Assembly (NCBI GenBank): GCA_965648935.1
Contig: CBFGIY010000059.1
Span: 1 to 15,287, forward strand
DNA length: 15,287 nucleotides
From: a candidate division WOR-3 bacterium
Lineage (GTDB): Bacteria > Hydrothermota > Tepidihabitantia > Tepidihabitantales > Tepidihabitantaceae
Reading direction: 5' to 3'
Shown: piece after piece, positions 6,499 to 14,022 of the stretch
Numbering within the stretch: the stretch's first letter is position 1
Layout of the letters: each line of letters starts with the position of its first letter
Notes under the pieces: generated by a model
What the model was told of the DNA's origin: nothing
Databases searched by the model: none
The model's input: only the letters and a program-made list of their open reading frames with translations
Made by a program: the position numbers and the translations under genes

Positions 6499-8181
6499 CT
6501 AGCGCGCGATGTTGGCTTTAGCCCCGGGCTGGACCCTGATGTTGTGCTCGCCCTGGAAGACGTAGCCCTCGGGCACGACGCAGGTGCCGTTGCCCGCGAT
6601 GCGTATCCTGACCCGGGCGCCGGCCTCAAGCCGGACGTCTGTCCCGAAGCGCACCTGCGGCGCCGAGCCGGGCTCGGCCCGGACCGTGCCGTCGCGGTCG
6701 AGGCGCAGCGCGCCCCAGGGCCGGTCCGCCTCGACCCGCAGTTCGGCGCGCTCGCCCAGGATCAGCCCGGTCCCGAACTTCGGGCCGCGGCATCCCAGGT
6801 ACAGCTTCGCGCCGGGGCCGATGCGCCAGCCCGACGCGTTTATGATGCCGGGCGTTTCGGCAAGGCAGGGGTCGATTTCGACCGCGGCCGTGGGGTCAAT
6901 CTGCGCGCCCTGCGCGGCGAGGCGTGCGGCGGCGGCGCGCACCAGCGCGGCGGTCGTGGTCTGGACCGAGTCGTCGCCGGCGAGCGCCTTGGTCGGCAGG
7001 AAGTACTTCTCGCGCTCAAGCAGCAGCACCCCGACCTCGCGGCCATCGAGCAGGGTCGAGAGGTGCTGGTTGAGCATTTCCCATGTGCTGGTATCCAGTT
7101 CACGCTCGCCGACCGTGCAGCGTTTGTCCCGGTAGACCGTCGAAGGCAGGTCGCCGCGCAGGCCGGCAAGCCGGACAAGGTTGGTGTTGATGTGGGCGAG
7201 GGGGAAGCGCAGCCTGCCTCCGGCGTCGGTCGAGTCGCAGATGGCCTGCGGGCAGGCCGAGTATTCGAACACTTCGACGCGGCCGGTGCGGGCGTTGCGG
7301 CAGATGATGCCGACCCGCTCGCCGGGCCGGCGCGCGACCGCGGTGAGGGTGAAGGCGTAGCGGCCGTCGAGGTGGAACCCGAGCCGGGCCGGGTCGAGAG
7401 CGCGCGCGGCGATGTTGTCGACGTTGTGCAGGACGATGTGGCGCACGCCTTCGCTCTGGAGGCGGGCCGCGATGCCGGAGGAGAGCAGGGCGCGGAACAC
7501 GCCGCCGTGCCCGTCCCCGGTGCGCACGATCGAGCCGTCGGGCGCGGCGATGAGGTCGCCTTCCGAGTCAAGGCGGGGCCGGTCGGCCTGGCGCATCAGG
7601 ATGACGCGCTCACGCGGGTAGCCCTGGTGCAGGGGTCCCTCAAGCCACTGCGCAAGCTCGTCGTGGGTGAGCCCGGAGGTCATCAGGACAAGGTAGGGCA
7701 GTCGGCCCGAGGCGGCGCCGGCCGCGAGGGTTTCGGCGAGGAAGCGGTCGAGAAAGCTGTGGCCCGCGACCGGGGTTATCGGGTAGAGGCCCTTGGCCGC
7801 GCGTTCGGTCGCGCCGTTGAAGAAGCGCGTGCCCGCGCCGCCGGCAAACACCAGCACGGCCCACTCGCCGCGCACAAGTGACTCGCGCCCGAGCGCGGCA
7901 AGCCGGGCTTCATCCTCGCCCAGGGTTTTCGGTTCGAGCGGCGCGATGTCGGCCGGCGCGCACCCGGCCGGGCCGAGCAGGCAGGCGCGGTGGCGCAGCA
8001 CCTCGTCGATGTCGACGCGCTCGAGTTCGTCGAAGAACCGCTTGAGGACATCGTCGCTTGCCCCGGCGAGGTACTTTTCAAAGACGCCGCGGGCCCCGGC
8101 CTCGACCAGGCGCCGGGCGAGCGCGTAGGCCCCGGTCTGCCAGCGGATGTACTCGGCTACCGCATCGGGCAGGTTGTGCAT
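6499..8181 (-). CDS. UDPGP-family nucleotidyltransferase (UTP--sugar-1-phosphate uridylyltransferase, UAP/USP-like), 560 aa
   Basis: Motifs VFAGGAGTRF, KGLYPI, LMTS, GDGHGGVFRAL, HNVDN, INTN and FLPTK, typical of UDP-GlcNAc/UDP-sugar pyrophosphorylases. Beta-rich C-terminal extension. Confidence 0.85.
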   Translation of the reverse strand: MHNLPDAVAEYIRWQTGAYALARRLVEAGARGVFEKYLAGASDDVLKRFFDELERVDIDEVLRHRACLLGPAGCAPADIAPLEPKTLGEDEARLAALGRESLVRGEWAVLVFAGGAGTRFFNGATERAAKGLYPITPVAGHSFLDRFLAETLAAGAASGRLPYLVLMTSGLTHDELAQWLEGPLHQGYPRERVILMRQADRPRLDSEGDLIAAPDGSIVRTGDGHGGVFRALLSSGIAARLQSEGVRHIVLHNVDNIAARALDPARLGFHLDGRYAFTLTAVARRPGERVGIICRNARTGRVEVFEYSACPQAICDSTDAGGRLRFPLAHINTNLVRLAGLRGDLPSTVYRDKRCTVGERELDTSTWEMLNQHLSTLLDGREVGVLLLEREKYFLPTKALAGDDSVQTTTAALVRAAAARLAAQGAQIDPTAAVEIDPCLAETPGIINASGWRIGPGAKLYLGCRGPKFGTGLILGERAELRVEADRPWGALRLDRDGTVRAEPGSAPQVRFGTDVRLEAGARVRIRIAGNGTCVVPEGYVFQGEHNIRVQPGAKANIAR

Positions 8182-8246
8182 CGCGGCATTATGCCCTGCG
8201 GCGCCGCGCAGTTCCAGCTTTGCGTTGCAGCCTCGCCGCGGCCGGC

Positions 8247-8281
8247 AATCGCAGATCGGAAATCGCCAGTCGGGAATCTCC
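8247..8281. repeat. Degenerate 7-bp tandem repeat (5 units)
   Basis: AATCGCA GATCGGA AATCGCC AGTCGGG AATCTCC. Confidence 0.65.
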
Positions 8282-8289
8282 TGCCTTCC

Positions 8290-8318
8290 TTGACCCTTCC
8301 TGCCCCGGGCCGTAGCAT
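8290..8318 (+). promoter_or_regulatory. Sigma70-type promoter for the PLP enzyme gene
   Basis: TTGACC (8290-8295), 17 bp spacer, TAGCAT (8313-8318), 36 nt before ATG 8355. Confidence 0.65.
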
Positions 8319-8354
8319 AGGCCCGAAACCCGAACCCGGAAAGCGAGACAGCCT

Positions 8355-9797
8355 ATGGCATCAACCGACGACGGAATGAAGCGCCTGCAGGCCCTGCGGG
8401 GGCAGCTTGTCGGGCTGGACGTCGAGGTCCCGCTGCTGTCGGGCGCCCTGCGGCGCTATGTCAGCCTCGACAACGCGGCCAGCACCCCGACCCTGCGGCC
8501 GATACAGGACAAGGTAAACGAGTTCCTGCGATTCTACGCCAATGTCCACCGGGGCGAGGGGTTCAAGAGCCAGATTGCTTCCTGGGTGTACGAGACCGCG
8601 CGGTCCATCGTCGCCGGTTTCGTGCGCGCCGACCCGAAGCGCGACACGGTCATTTTCACCAAGAACACGACCGAGTCGATAAACAAGCTCGCGCGCATCT
8701 TCCCGTTCCGCGACAACGCCGTGGTCATCACCACCATGATGGAGCACCACTCCAACGAGCTGCCCTGGCGGCGCCGGGCCGAGGTCGTCCACGCCGGGCT
8801 CAGGCCCGACGGCTCGCTCGACATCGACGACTTCCGCGCCCGGCTGGCCCAGCACCGCGACCGGCTCGATCTTGTCGCGGTCACCGGCGCGGCCAATGTT
8901 TCGGGCTGGATCAACGACGTGCACCTGCTCGCTCGGCTCGCCCACGAGGCCGGGGCGCGGATTGTGGTCGACGCGGCCCAGCTCGCACCCCACCGGCCGA
9001 TCGATATGCGGCCGTCCTGCGACCCCGAGCACCTCGACTTCGTCGCCTTCTCGGCGCACAAGATGTACGCGCCCTACGGGGTCGGGGCGCTGGTCGGGGA
9101 CCGCGACGCACTGCTTGCGTCCGAACCCGACTCGGTCGGCGGCGGCACGGTGGATATCGTCACGGTCGACGCCGCGTACTGGCGCGACCTGCCCGAGCGC
9201 GAGGAGGCCGGGACGCCCGACATCGTCGGCGTGGTCGCGCTGGCCGCGGCCATCCGGCTGCTCGAATCGGTCGGCTGGGACGCGATAGTCCGCCACGAGC
9301 AGGAACTGACCCGCTACGCGCTGACCAGGCTCCGGCGCATCCCGGGCCTGCGCATCTACGGCAAGCTCGACCCGGACCGGCTCGACGACCGGCTCGGCGT
9401 CATCGCGTTCAACCTCGAGGGCCTGCCCCACGCGCTGGTCGCGGCCATCCTCAGCTACGAGTGCGGCATCGGCGTGCGCAGCGGCTGTTTCTGCGCGCAC
9501 CCCTACATGCTCTGCCTGCTCGATGTGCCCGAGGACGAGGCCGCGGTACTGCGCAGTGAGATAATCGGCCGCGACCGCAGCCGCATCCCGGGCGCGGTGC
9601 GCGCTTCGCTGGGCATCTACAACGACGAGAGCGACGTCGACGCGCTCTGCGCCGGGCTGGAGATGATCGCCGCGCGCGCGTTTGAGGGTAAGTACGAGGT
9701 GCGGCGCGAATCCGGGGCCTGGGTGCCGGTGGGCAAGTCCTGCTTCGACTTCAAGCGTTACTTCAGCTTCGACCTGCGCGGCTCGACCTCGCCGTGA
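8355..9797 (+). CDS. Aminotransferase class V PLP-dependent enzyme, cysteine desulfurase/selenocysteine lyase-like, 480 aa
   Basis: Motifs LDNAAST, MEHHSNELPW, VDAAQ, FSAHKMYAP (PLP lysine), EAGTP, VRSGCFCAHPY (catalytic Cys region) and RASLGIYN. Confidence 0.9.
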   Translation: MASTDDGMKRLQALRGQLVGLDVEVPLLSGALRRYVSLDNAASTPTLRPIQDKVNEFLRFYANVHRGEGFKSQIASWVYETARSIVAGFVRADPKRDTVIFTKNTTESINKLARIFPFRDNAVVITTMMEHHSNELPWRRRAEVVHAGLRPDGSLDIDDFRARLAQHRDRLDLVAVTGAANVSGWINDVHLLARLAHEAGARIVVDAAQLAPHRPIDMRPSCDPEHLDFVAFSAHKMYAPYGVGALVGDRDALLASEPDSVGGGTVDIVTVDAAYWRDLPEREEAGTPDIVGVVALAAAIRLLESVGWDAIVRHEQELTRYALTRLRRIPGLRIYGKLDPDRLDDRLGVIAFNLEGLPHALVAAILSYECGIGVRSGCFCAHPYMLCLLDVPEDEAAVLRSEIIGRDRSRIPGAVRASLGIYNDESDVDALCAGLEMIAARAFEGKYEVRRESGAWVPVGKSCFDFKRYFSFDLRGSTSP

Positions 9798-9812
9798 TCA
9801 TCGGCACTGCCG

Positions 9813-11582
9813 TCACAGCGGCCAGAACACCAGTATCAGCGCTATTGCCGCGGCCCACGCCAGCAGGCTGAGCGGCAGGCCCGGCTTCCAGTAGTCCCCG
9901 AACCGGTAACCGCCCGGGCCCATCACCAGCGCGTTGGACTGGTGTCCGGTCGGGGTGAGAAACGCGCACGACGCGCTGACCGCCACCGCCATCAGGAACG
10001 GGTCGGCCGATACGCCGAAGCCCCGCGCCAGCTCGAACCCGACCGGCGCCATCAGCAGCGCGGCCGCGGCGTTGTTGATGACGTTGGATAGCAGCATCGT
10101 CGCGCCGAACAGCACGGCCAGAGTCACGGCCGGGGGCCAGGCCTGGCCGAGCCGGAGCAGGCCGTCGGCCAGAAGCGCGGCCCCGCCCGTCGTCTCCAGC
10201 GCCCCGCCGACCGGGATCATCGCGCCGAGCAGGACGATCACCGGCCAGTCAACCCCGGTGTAGACCTCGCGCAGCGGCAGCACGCCGGCCAGCACCGTGC
10301 CGGCCGCGGCCAGCATCAGCGCGACCGGCGCGGGCAGCAGCCCGAAGAGCATCGCCGCGACCGCCGCGCCGAAAAGCCCCACCGTCACGAGCAGCCGGCG
10401 CGGCCGGCCCACGGCGATGCCCCGGCTCACCAGCGGCAGGCAGCCAATCTCGGCCAGGCCTTCTGCCACCGCCGCGGCGTCGCCCTGCAGCAGCAGCACG
10501 TCACCGGCGCGCAGGCGCAACGCGGCCAGACGCTGGCGCACCCGGCCGCCCTCGCGCGCCACCGCCAGCAGGTGCAGTCCGTGCCGGTCGAGCAGCTCAA
10601 GCTCGCGCACGGTCTGGCCGACCATCGGCGACTCAGAGCGCACCACCGCCTCGACAAGCTGCAGGTCGTCGGCCCCGGCCAGCCGCTCGGCCAGCCGTCC
10701 CTGACCGACCTCGAGTCCGCCCTTGCGGACAAGCTCGGCGATGTCGTCGGCGCCGGCAGTGACCAGCAGGATGTCGCCGGGCTGCAGGGCGTCGTGGAAC
10801 CGGTGGGCCGGGAAGCGGCGATCAGCGCGCACCACCGCCACGGCCGGGAGCGGGTCGCCCAGGGCATCGCTCAGTTCGGTCAGGGTCTTGCCGGCCGCGG
10901 CCGACCCGGGCCTGACCTCAAGCTCGCTCGCGTAGGCCGCGGTTTCGAAAAGCTCCTCGGGCGCGCGGCGGCCCCTGCGCCCGGGCAGCAGGCGCCAGCC
11001 GACCAGCACGAGGAACACAAGCCCGGCCAGGGCGACCCCGCCGCCCACCGGCAGGAATGAGAACATCGCGAAACCGGCGCCAGAGTGTTCGGCGCGGAAT
11101 GACGAGATGATGATGTTGGCCGGCGTGCCGATGAGCGTGGTCAGGCCGCCGAGCAGCGAGCCGAACGCCAGAGGCATCAGCAGGCGCGATGCCGGTATGC
11201 CCCGCTCGCGCGCCAGCCGCAGCGCGACCGGCAGGAGCAACGCCAGTGCCCCGACGTTGTTCATGAACCCCGAAAGTAGCGCCACCGCTGCGGTCAGCAC
11301 CGCGGTCAGCACCGCTGTCCCGCCGCGGACCCGCGCGACCTGTCGGGCCAGCACATCGACCAGGCCCGCGTGCTGAAAAGCGCGGCTCAGCACCAGCACC
11401 GCGGCGACGGTCGTGACTGCGGGATGGCCGAACCCGAGGAAGGCGCTGTCCGCCGGCACGACCCCGGTCAGCACCGCGGCCAACAGCGACAGCAGGGCAA
11501 CGACGTCGTAGCGGATTCGATTCCAGACAAAGGCCGCGAGCGTCAGGCCGAGGATGACAAAGACGATTACCGGCTGGCTCAT
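9813..11582 (-). CDS. SLC13/CitT-type anion permease with two TrkA-C (RCK_C) domains, 589 aa
   Basis: N- and C-terminal TM blocks with SGFMNN, LLGGLTTLIGTPANII, SNVINNAAAA and FLTPTGHQSN…GGYRFGDY. Two central soluble repeats (GSAAAGKTL…GDILLV; SPMVGQTV…GDVLLL). Confidence 0.9.
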   Translation of the reverse strand: MSQPVIVFVILGLTLAAFVWNRIRYDVVALLSLLAAVLTGVVPADSAFLGFGHPAVTTVAAVLVLSRAFQHAGLVDVLARQVARVRGGTAVLTAVLTAAVALLSGFMNNVGALALLLPVALRLARERGIPASRLLMPLAFGSLLGGLTTLIGTPANIIISSFRAEHSGAGFAMFSFLPVGGGVALAGLVFLVLVGWRLLPGRRGRRAPEELFETAAYASELEVRPGSAAAGKTLTELSDALGDPLPAVAVVRADRRFPAHRFHDALQPGDILLVTAGADDIAELVRKGGLEVGQGRLAERLAGADDLQLVEAVVRSESPMVGQTVRELELLDRHGLHLLAVAREGGRVRQRLAALRLRAGDVLLLQGDAAAVAEGLAEIGCLPLVSRGIAVGRPRRLLVTVGLFGAAVAAMLFGLLPAPVALMLAAAGTVLAGVLPLREVYTGVDWPVIVLLGAMIPVGGALETTGGAALLADGLLRLGQAWPPAVTLAVLFGATMLLSNVINNAAAALLMAPVGFELARGFGVSADPFLMAVAVSASCAFLTPTGHQSNALVMGPGGYRFGDYWKPGLPLSLLAWAAAIALILVFWPL

Positions 11583-11589
11583 CGGCGGG

Positions 11590-11617
11590 ATTATCCCCGC
11601 CCTAACCTAGCGCGCAA
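11590..11617 (-). promoter_or_regulatory. Promoter immediately upstream of the SLC13 start codon (leaderless-type)
   Basis: Minus strand: TTGCGC (11617-11612), 16 bp spacer, GATAAT (11595-11590), 7 nt, then ATG. No convincing SD. Confidence 0.5.
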
Positions 11618-13019
11618 TGACGACCTTCCGCTCCCTGAATCCCGCGCCCCGGGACCCGTTCCTTTCCATAGCCAGGAAGTACACGCCCGGCGCCAGGCGC
11701 GATACGTCGTTCGCGCCCGCACGCAGTGTCAGCACCCGCTGGCCGCAGGCGTCGAGGAGAACGCCGGGCGCTGTGCGCCCCGCGCCGGCCTCCGGCAGGC
11801 GCAGCGCCGACCGGATGATGGTGGCGCCGGGCGTCAGGCGTACCGCATCGTGCGTCGCGTGTTCCTCGACCCCGCCCGCGGCCAGGTTGCGCTTGTGGTA
11901 CAGCTCGAAGTTGCCCTCACGGTTATCGTAGAGCAGGATGTGCGCCCGGGTGCCGGTGGCGGCCAGGTTCGCCGTTCCCATTCCTGCAAGGCTTGAAAGA
12001 GTCGTATCGGGCGACCAGGTCGCGCCGTTGTCGGTCGAGCCGCGGTAGTCGAGAACAAGCTGCCCAGGGCGGCTCGCCCGGAATGCCACGTGGACATTGG
12101 CACCGACTGCGGCAATGGCCGGGTAATCCGCGCCGTAGGTTACGTCGGTCAGCCAGTGCTCCGCGCCCCAGGACGCGCCGTTGTCGAGTGAAGCCCGGTG
12201 ATAGATGCCGTACTCGTCGGGCCGGCCGTCATACCAGCAGAGGTGTACGCTGGACCCCGACGCTGCCACCATCGGCTGCTCCTGCCGGGTCGTATCCGCG
12301 GCGACGCGAACCCGGGGCTGCCAGGTCGCGCCGTTGTCGGTCGAACGCACGAACCAGGCCTGCGCCACGCTGGTGTTCCAGTCTGCTCTGGTCCACACGA
12401 TGTAGCGGTAGTTTCCGCTGACGACAAGGCATGCTTCTTTGTCGAGAACCGAGTCGGTATCAGCGGTCAGGCGCGCATCGTCGGCCCAGGTTTGGCCCGC
12501 GTCGAGCGACTGCTTGTAATACAGCTCGCCATTCCACCCGCCGTCGCGGGAGTCGGTCCAGACCAGCCCGACGCGGTCGCCGTCAGCCGACAGCACCGGC
12601 GTCCCGCAGCTGCGCGGCGACTGCACCAGCGCGGTTTCGGCCCGCCAGGTTTCGCCGCCGTCGGTCGAACGCCGGTACCAGAACGCACCGTTGTTGCGGC
12701 CTTCCCAGGCGACGTGCACGGCCGCACCCGCGGCCGTTATTGTCGCGCCGAATATGCGGTTGGAGTCGCCCGGGCTCAAGCGCACAGCGCTGTCCCATGC
12801 CGCGCCCGCGTCAAGTGAACGGGTGTAATACACGTTGTAGTCGCCGCTGCGGTTGTCGACGAAGACCGCGTGCAGGGTGTCGCCGAGCGCGACCAGGCAC
12901 TGCTGACCGCAGAGAAATGTGTTGGCCGGGTCGTCGGTCACCCGCACGTCCGGTTCCCACTGAGCGAAAGCCGTGCCGGCAAGGCTAACTGCGAGTATCA
13001 AAAGGATGATGTGCTTCAT
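11607..13019 (-). CDS. Secreted BNR/Asp-box (sialidase-fold) repeat protein with short T9SS-like C-terminal domain, 470 aa
   Basis: Signal peptide MKHIILLILAVSLAGTAFA-Q. Six Asp-boxes (SLDAGAAW, STDGGETW, SLDAGQTW, STDNGATW, SLDNGASW, STDNGATW) in ~55-aa repeats. Tail LLDACGQRV…GANDVSRLAPGVYF…RKVVIAR. RBS AGGAGG. Confidence 0.88.
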   Translation of the reverse strand: MKHIILLILAVSLAGTAFAQWEPDVRVTDDPANTFLCGQQCLVALGDTLHAVFVDNRSGDYNVYYTRSLDAGAAWDSAVRLSPGDSNRIFGATITAAGAAVHVAWEGRNNGAFWYRRSTDGGETWRAETALVQSPRSCGTPVLSADGDRVGLVWTDSRDGGWNGELYYKQSLDAGQTWADDARLTADTDSVLDKEACLVVSGNYRYIVWTRADWNTSVAQAWFVRSTDNGATWQPRVRVAADTTRQEQPMVAASGSSVHLCWYDGRPDEYGIYHRASLDNGASWGAEHWLTDVTYGADYPAIAAVGANVHVAFRASRPGQLVLDYRGSTDNGATWSPDTTLSSLAGMGTANLAATGTRAHILLYDNREGNFELYHKRNLAAGGVEEHATHDAVRLTPGATIIRSALRLPEAGAGRTAPGVLLDACGQRVLTLRAGANDVSRLAPGVYFLAMERNGSRGAGFRERKVVIAR

Positions 13020-13042
13020 CTATCCCTCCTTTGAGTTGGCCC

Positions 13043-13070
13043 AGTATAGACCCGGGCCTCGGTTCGTCAA
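13043..13070 (-). promoter_or_regulatory. Sigma70-type promoter for the 11607..13019 gene
   Basis: Minus strand: TTGACG (13070-13065), 16 bp spacer, TATACT (13048-13043), upstream of the AGGAGG RBS. Confidence 0.7.
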
Positions 13071-13074
13071 CCGA

Positions 13075-13102
13075 TTGACAATATTCCCGGCGAAGTTAGT
13101 CT
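13075..13102 (+). promoter_or_regulatory. Sigma70-type promoter for the GNAT gene (leaderless-type)
   Basis: TTGACA (13075-13080), 16 bp spacer, TAGTCT (13097-13102), 5 nt, then GTG 13108. Confidence 0.65.
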
Positions 13103-13107
13103 GACCC

Positions 13108-13959
13108 GTGCTCGAACCCTGTCGTCCCGAACACTTCCGTGCGGTCGCGCGGTTCGCGCGCCGGCTCGACAACTTCTTCTATGTCAAGCGCATCATCCAG
13201 TGGCACTCCGAGGGGGTCCTGCCCGGCGAGCTGTTTGTATGGCGCGAGGACGGCGCGGTGGCCGCGTTCCAGGCAGTGGCCTGGCTCAACCCGGACGACG
13301 CCTGGCTCTGGGGAATGCGCGTGGACCCGGCATTCCAGAACCGGGGCATCGCCACCCGGTTCACCCGCGCGCTGCTGCCGCTGGTCCGCAGGACCGGACG
13401 GACATGGGTCGGGTTGAACACGCTCGAGCACCGCACCACCGCCCCCACGTTCAGCGTGATGGACAAGCTCGGGTTCCGGCTGGAGGCCACGTTCTGCACC
13501 GACGTGTACTGGCGCCGGCCCAAAGCTGCGGCGCGGCCTCGACTGCGCCGCTTCGCCGGGATTCTCGACCACTGGCGCAAGGCAGGCCTGCGGGTGTTTT
13601 TCCACCAGAAGCCGGGCTGGCTGTACTCCCGGCTGCTGCCTGCCCGCCGGGAGCAGGTCGACCGCAACGGCTTCGCGCTCGACGGAGTGCCGGTGCACCT
13701 CGCCCGGTTCTGGGAGAGAAGCCGCGGCGGCCGCCGGTATCAGGCGGCAACGCTCAACTGCTATGACGAGCCGGCCGACTTTGCCCTGTTCGCCCGGCGC
13801 GCGCTCACGCTCATCCCGCCCAAGGGGCACATGGTCGTCAATTACCCGCACGAATGGCGCCAGCGGTTCCGCGCCGGTGTCCGCGCCGCAGTTCCCGGCG
13901 TCCGCAAGGAACACGGCTGCTGGCAGTCGGCCTGGCGCGTGTACGGCCGCAGGCCCTGA
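13108..13959 (+). CDS. GNAT family N-acetyltransferase with C-terminal extension, 283 aa
   Basis: Acetyl-CoA binding motif A in WLWGMRVDPAFQNRGIATRF and motif B-like MDKLGFRLE. Confidence 0.85.
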   Translation: MLEPCRPEHFRAVARFARRLDNFFYVKRIIQWHSEGVLPGELFVWREDGAVAAFQAVAWLNPDDAWLWGMRVDPAFQNRGIATRFTRALLPLVRRTGRTWVGLNTLEHRTTAPTFSVMDKLGFRLEATFCTDVYWRRPKAAARPRLRRFAGILDHWRKAGLRVFFHQKPGWLYSRLLPARREQVDRNGFALDGVPVHLARFWERSRGGRRYQAATLNCYDEPADFALFARRALTLIPPKGHMVVNYPHEWRQRFRAGVRAAVPGVRKEHGCWQSAWRVYGRRP

Positions 13960-14022
13960 CCACGCTGGCGCGGGTGCCGGTTTGCCGCTAGACTCTCCTG
14001 CTCGACAGCGATAAGGAGAACA

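Noticed and set aside
5250..6629. 459-aa antisense ORF
   Set aside because: Mirror of the lipoprotein gene; crosses the terminator and has no recognisable features.
6544..9500. Long antisense ORFs 6544..7881 and 8361..9500
   Set aside because: Antisense shadows of well-supported enzyme genes.
8355..9797. Gene symbol sufS/csdA
   Set aside because: The active-site motif differs and there is no suf context, so orthology cannot be claimed.
11900..12960. Repeated DNA (e.g. CCAGGTCGCGCCGTTGTCGGTCGA twice) as a CRISPR or mobile repeat; functional sialidase call
   Set aside because: The repeats are in-frame Asp-box codons with ~165-nt protein-repeat spacing. No RIP motif was seen to support sialidase activity.
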